Below are positions 25,760 through 27,695 of a stretch of 27,695 bases of DNA, piece by piece (position 1 is the stretch's first letter; each line of letters begins with the position of its first letter). The notes under the pieces are model-generated. The model did not search any database. It was not told the DNA's origin and saw nothing but the letters and a program-made list of their open reading frames with translations. Both the position numbers and the translations under genes were made by a program. The stretch covers positions 128,001-155,695 of IMG/VR virus record IMGVR_UViG_3300045988_163776; one strand, 5' to 3'. The DNA comes from a virus.

Positions 25760-26342
25760 TCCAGAAATAGCTTGTTATATGACAGATTTAGAAGATTTAC
25801 AAAATATCTATGCAAATAAAATAAACAATTATTTTGCAACAGATAAAATAGCAAGCAAATATTATGATTGGGTAAATAATAAAGAACATATAGAACCAAC
25901 ATATGCTTATACATCAGAGGAAATTATTGATATATTATGCTTTAATGAAGATAACAATGGTATCGTGTCAGTATTGCCATTATTTGTATACCTTACCATA
26001 AAAACGAAAAATTGGTCTGTAAAAATAGAAAATATTACAGATGAAATTATTGCTTATACAGAAGCTAATGTAAATGGCTTTAATAATGATTTCCTTAATT
26101 TAATAAAAGAGCAAGTGTTAGAACAATATCCAGGTTTATGTAAGTTTGTTGAGACCGTAGGCGTAAAAGAAGATAATAATACTCAAGAGGGTATTTCTAT
26201 TAATGACAATTTTCTTGATAAATTTGCTTACTATTGGAAAAATGATTGTATGGTAAATATAGAGTTTCCAAGTAAATCTGCTAATGTTGATTTAACTTCT
26301 GGATTTACAGAAGAAGAAAAAAAACGAGCAGAACAAGTTTAG
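25725..26342 (+). CDS. hypothetical protein, 205 aa
   Basis: Strong RBS gaggaggaagagg before ATG 25725. The track ORF begins at 25707. Overlaps the rSAM 3' end. Confidence 0.55.
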   Translation: MSYIVGGTTYPDPEIACYMTDLEDLQNIYANKINNYFATDKIASKYYDWVNNKEHIEPTYAYTSEEIIDILCFNEDNNGIVSVLPLFVYLTIKTKNWSVKIENITDEIIAYTEANVNGFNNDFLNLIKEQVLEQYPGLCKFVETVGVKEDNNTQEGISINDNFLDKFAYYWKNDCMVNIEFPSKSANVDLTSGFTEEEKKRAEQV

Positions 26343-26355
26343 GAGTTGCTAAAAA

Positions 26356-27525
26356 ATGAATCAGATAAGTGATAAAAAAGACTGCCGAGGATGCATGAGC
26401 TTTTGTATGCAAGGTAAATAGTTGGCAGTAGCTGGACATGATGAAAGTCATACCGGTTGGAAAAAATGGAAAGATTTAACTTCTGGTAAGGATGGAACTA
26501 TTATTTGTAGTAAAGATGGATTATCTGCTACCAATCAAACAGACTTAATAAATTTTATCAGAGATGTTTATAAAACTGGAGTGTATAATCCAGAAAAAGG
26601 AAATATGTTTGATGAAGTTCCAAAAAATTTATCACACGTTTATGATTCTCCTTCCTCTAAAAGTGTTCCAAATTCATTAAAAGTTGCAGAAGAAGGAGTT
26701 TCAAGCGATGCTGTTATATATGCAAAACATTATAATAATTTTTTAGAAGCTTTAGCATCTAGTCAAACCAACCCTATTTCAGTAGATAGCAAAGGAGAAC
26801 CTTTAAAAGATAAAAATAAAAATCCTATTAATAATAACGCTACTGAATCTGGCCCAGTCGCTGGTTGGTGGACTAATGCAGATCCTATTGTCGTATCTGG
26901 ATAGAAATATCCGAATAGCGATTTAAGCTTAATAAAAGCTGACTTATATAAAAGTTTATATGAAAAAGCAAGTAAATTAATGTATCATCCTCATCAATGT
27001 TGTATTTGCAATGTATATGAGGGTGGAGATTGGTTAGAAATAGTTAAAGATATTGGCACAGCCTGTTATAATTATGGGATTGTATATAATAACCATGCAG
27101 GAGGTGCTGTTGATACTGCAAAAGGCTATCATGTAACTTTAAGTCGTTTTGACTGTTCTGGATACGTAGGAGCTTGCTTAGCTGTTTTTAATGCTGTTGA
27201 AAATGGTAGTAGTAGCACTAACATTTCTGGATATGGAGGAACTTCAGACGCTTACTTAGAAGATGGTTCTGGGATTCCCTCAAGCTTAAAAAAATATTTT
27301 TCTTTTTCAAGTTCACTTCCTTCTAAACCTGGTTCTATTTTAGTAAGATGGGCAAAATCTGGAGTAGACCCTTTTGGCAATAGAACAGAACACGTTGAGA
27401 TACGAGGAGAAAATGGTATTTGGAGTGGTGGAGGTCGTGGAGGCCCCTCTGGAAATCTTATGATGGGTAAAATGGATACTGGTGGCACTACCTGTAATTT
27501 TGGTTGGGAATATACAGGAGGATAA
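26356..27525 (+). CDS. NlpC/P60-family peptidase-domain protein (putative endolysin/cell-wall hydrolase); 2 in-frame TAG codons
   Basis: ATG 26356 after aggag. Track ORFs 26422-26904 and 26980-27525 share the frame (mod 3 = 1) and are joined by TAG 26902-26904, with another TAG at 26419. C-terminal FDCSGYVGACLAVF...TEHVEIRG matches the NlpC/P60 Cys...His catalytic arrangement. Confidence 0.55.
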
Positions 27526-27541
27526 TAAATAAAAATTTTAT

Positions 27542-27570
27542 TTGAAAAATTAAAAAATATATTATATAAT
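27542..27570 (+). promoter_or_regulatory. sigma70-like promoter, TTGAAA-N17-TATAAT
   Basis: ttgaaa 27542-27547 and tataat 27565-27570. Confidence 0.55.
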
Positions 27571-27640
27571 ATATATATAATAAAAAAAGAAAAGAGATAA
27601 TTAAAATTTATGACTAATATTTTTAATAATAATTAAAAAT

Positions 27641-27669
27641 TTGATTTTTTTAAAAAAATATTATATAAT
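27641..27669 (+). promoter_or_regulatory. sigma70-like promoter, TTGATT-N17-TATAAT
   Basis: ttgatt 27641-27646 and tataat 27664-27669. The leader is identical to the copy at 7124-7150. Confidence 0.5.
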
Positions 27670-27695
27670 ATATATGTAATAAAGATAAAAAACAA

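Noticed and set aside
1-27695. CRISPR arrays, rRNA genes, integrase or transposase genes
   Set aside because: No direct-repeat/spacer periodicity, no rRNA-like conserved blocks and no recombinase motifs were seen. The only repeats are the promoter units and the G8 tracts.

Overview
AT-rich (~30% GC) segment of a tailed bacteriophage genome, coding almost entirely on the + strand, in three blocks. (1) 1-7000 is an early-type block behind a family of near-identical sigma70-like promoters (TTGAAA/TTGATT-N17-TATAAT plus a conserved downstream leader). It carries two paralogous large Cys-rich zinc-ribbon proteins, an M42/M20-like peptidase-domain protein and small unknowns, all free of in-frame TAG. 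(2) ~7300-17000 is a tRNA island with about 20 tRNA or tRNA-like genes, several with non-canonical loops. Interspersed are two homing-endonuclease-like genes (a GIY-YIG type and a PD-(D/E)xK-like type), a CYTH-domain protein, an AAA+ ATPase and small ORFs. The last tRNA (16887-16973) has anticodon CUA, an amber suppressor with tRNA-Gln-like acceptor identity. (3) 17300-27525 is a late structural/lysis block whose genes are full of in-frame TAG codons, invisible as intact ORFs in a standard-code six-frame track. It holds an ~810-aa tail-fibre-like protein with 9 internal TAGs, a collagen-like Gly-X-Y protein, a C1 papain-like peptidase with an SLH domain, and an NlpC/P60 peptidase. This fits TAG-to-Gln recoding (translation table 15-like) confined to late genes. 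Further features are three tandem paralogous tail-fibre-like genes, two of which carry a G8 homopolymer at the same position that breaks the frame, and a small peptide gene overlapping a radical-SAM/SPASM enzyme inside the lysis module. The SLH domain and AT-richness suggest a Firmicute host with an S-layer. No CRISPR array, rRNA or transposase is evident.
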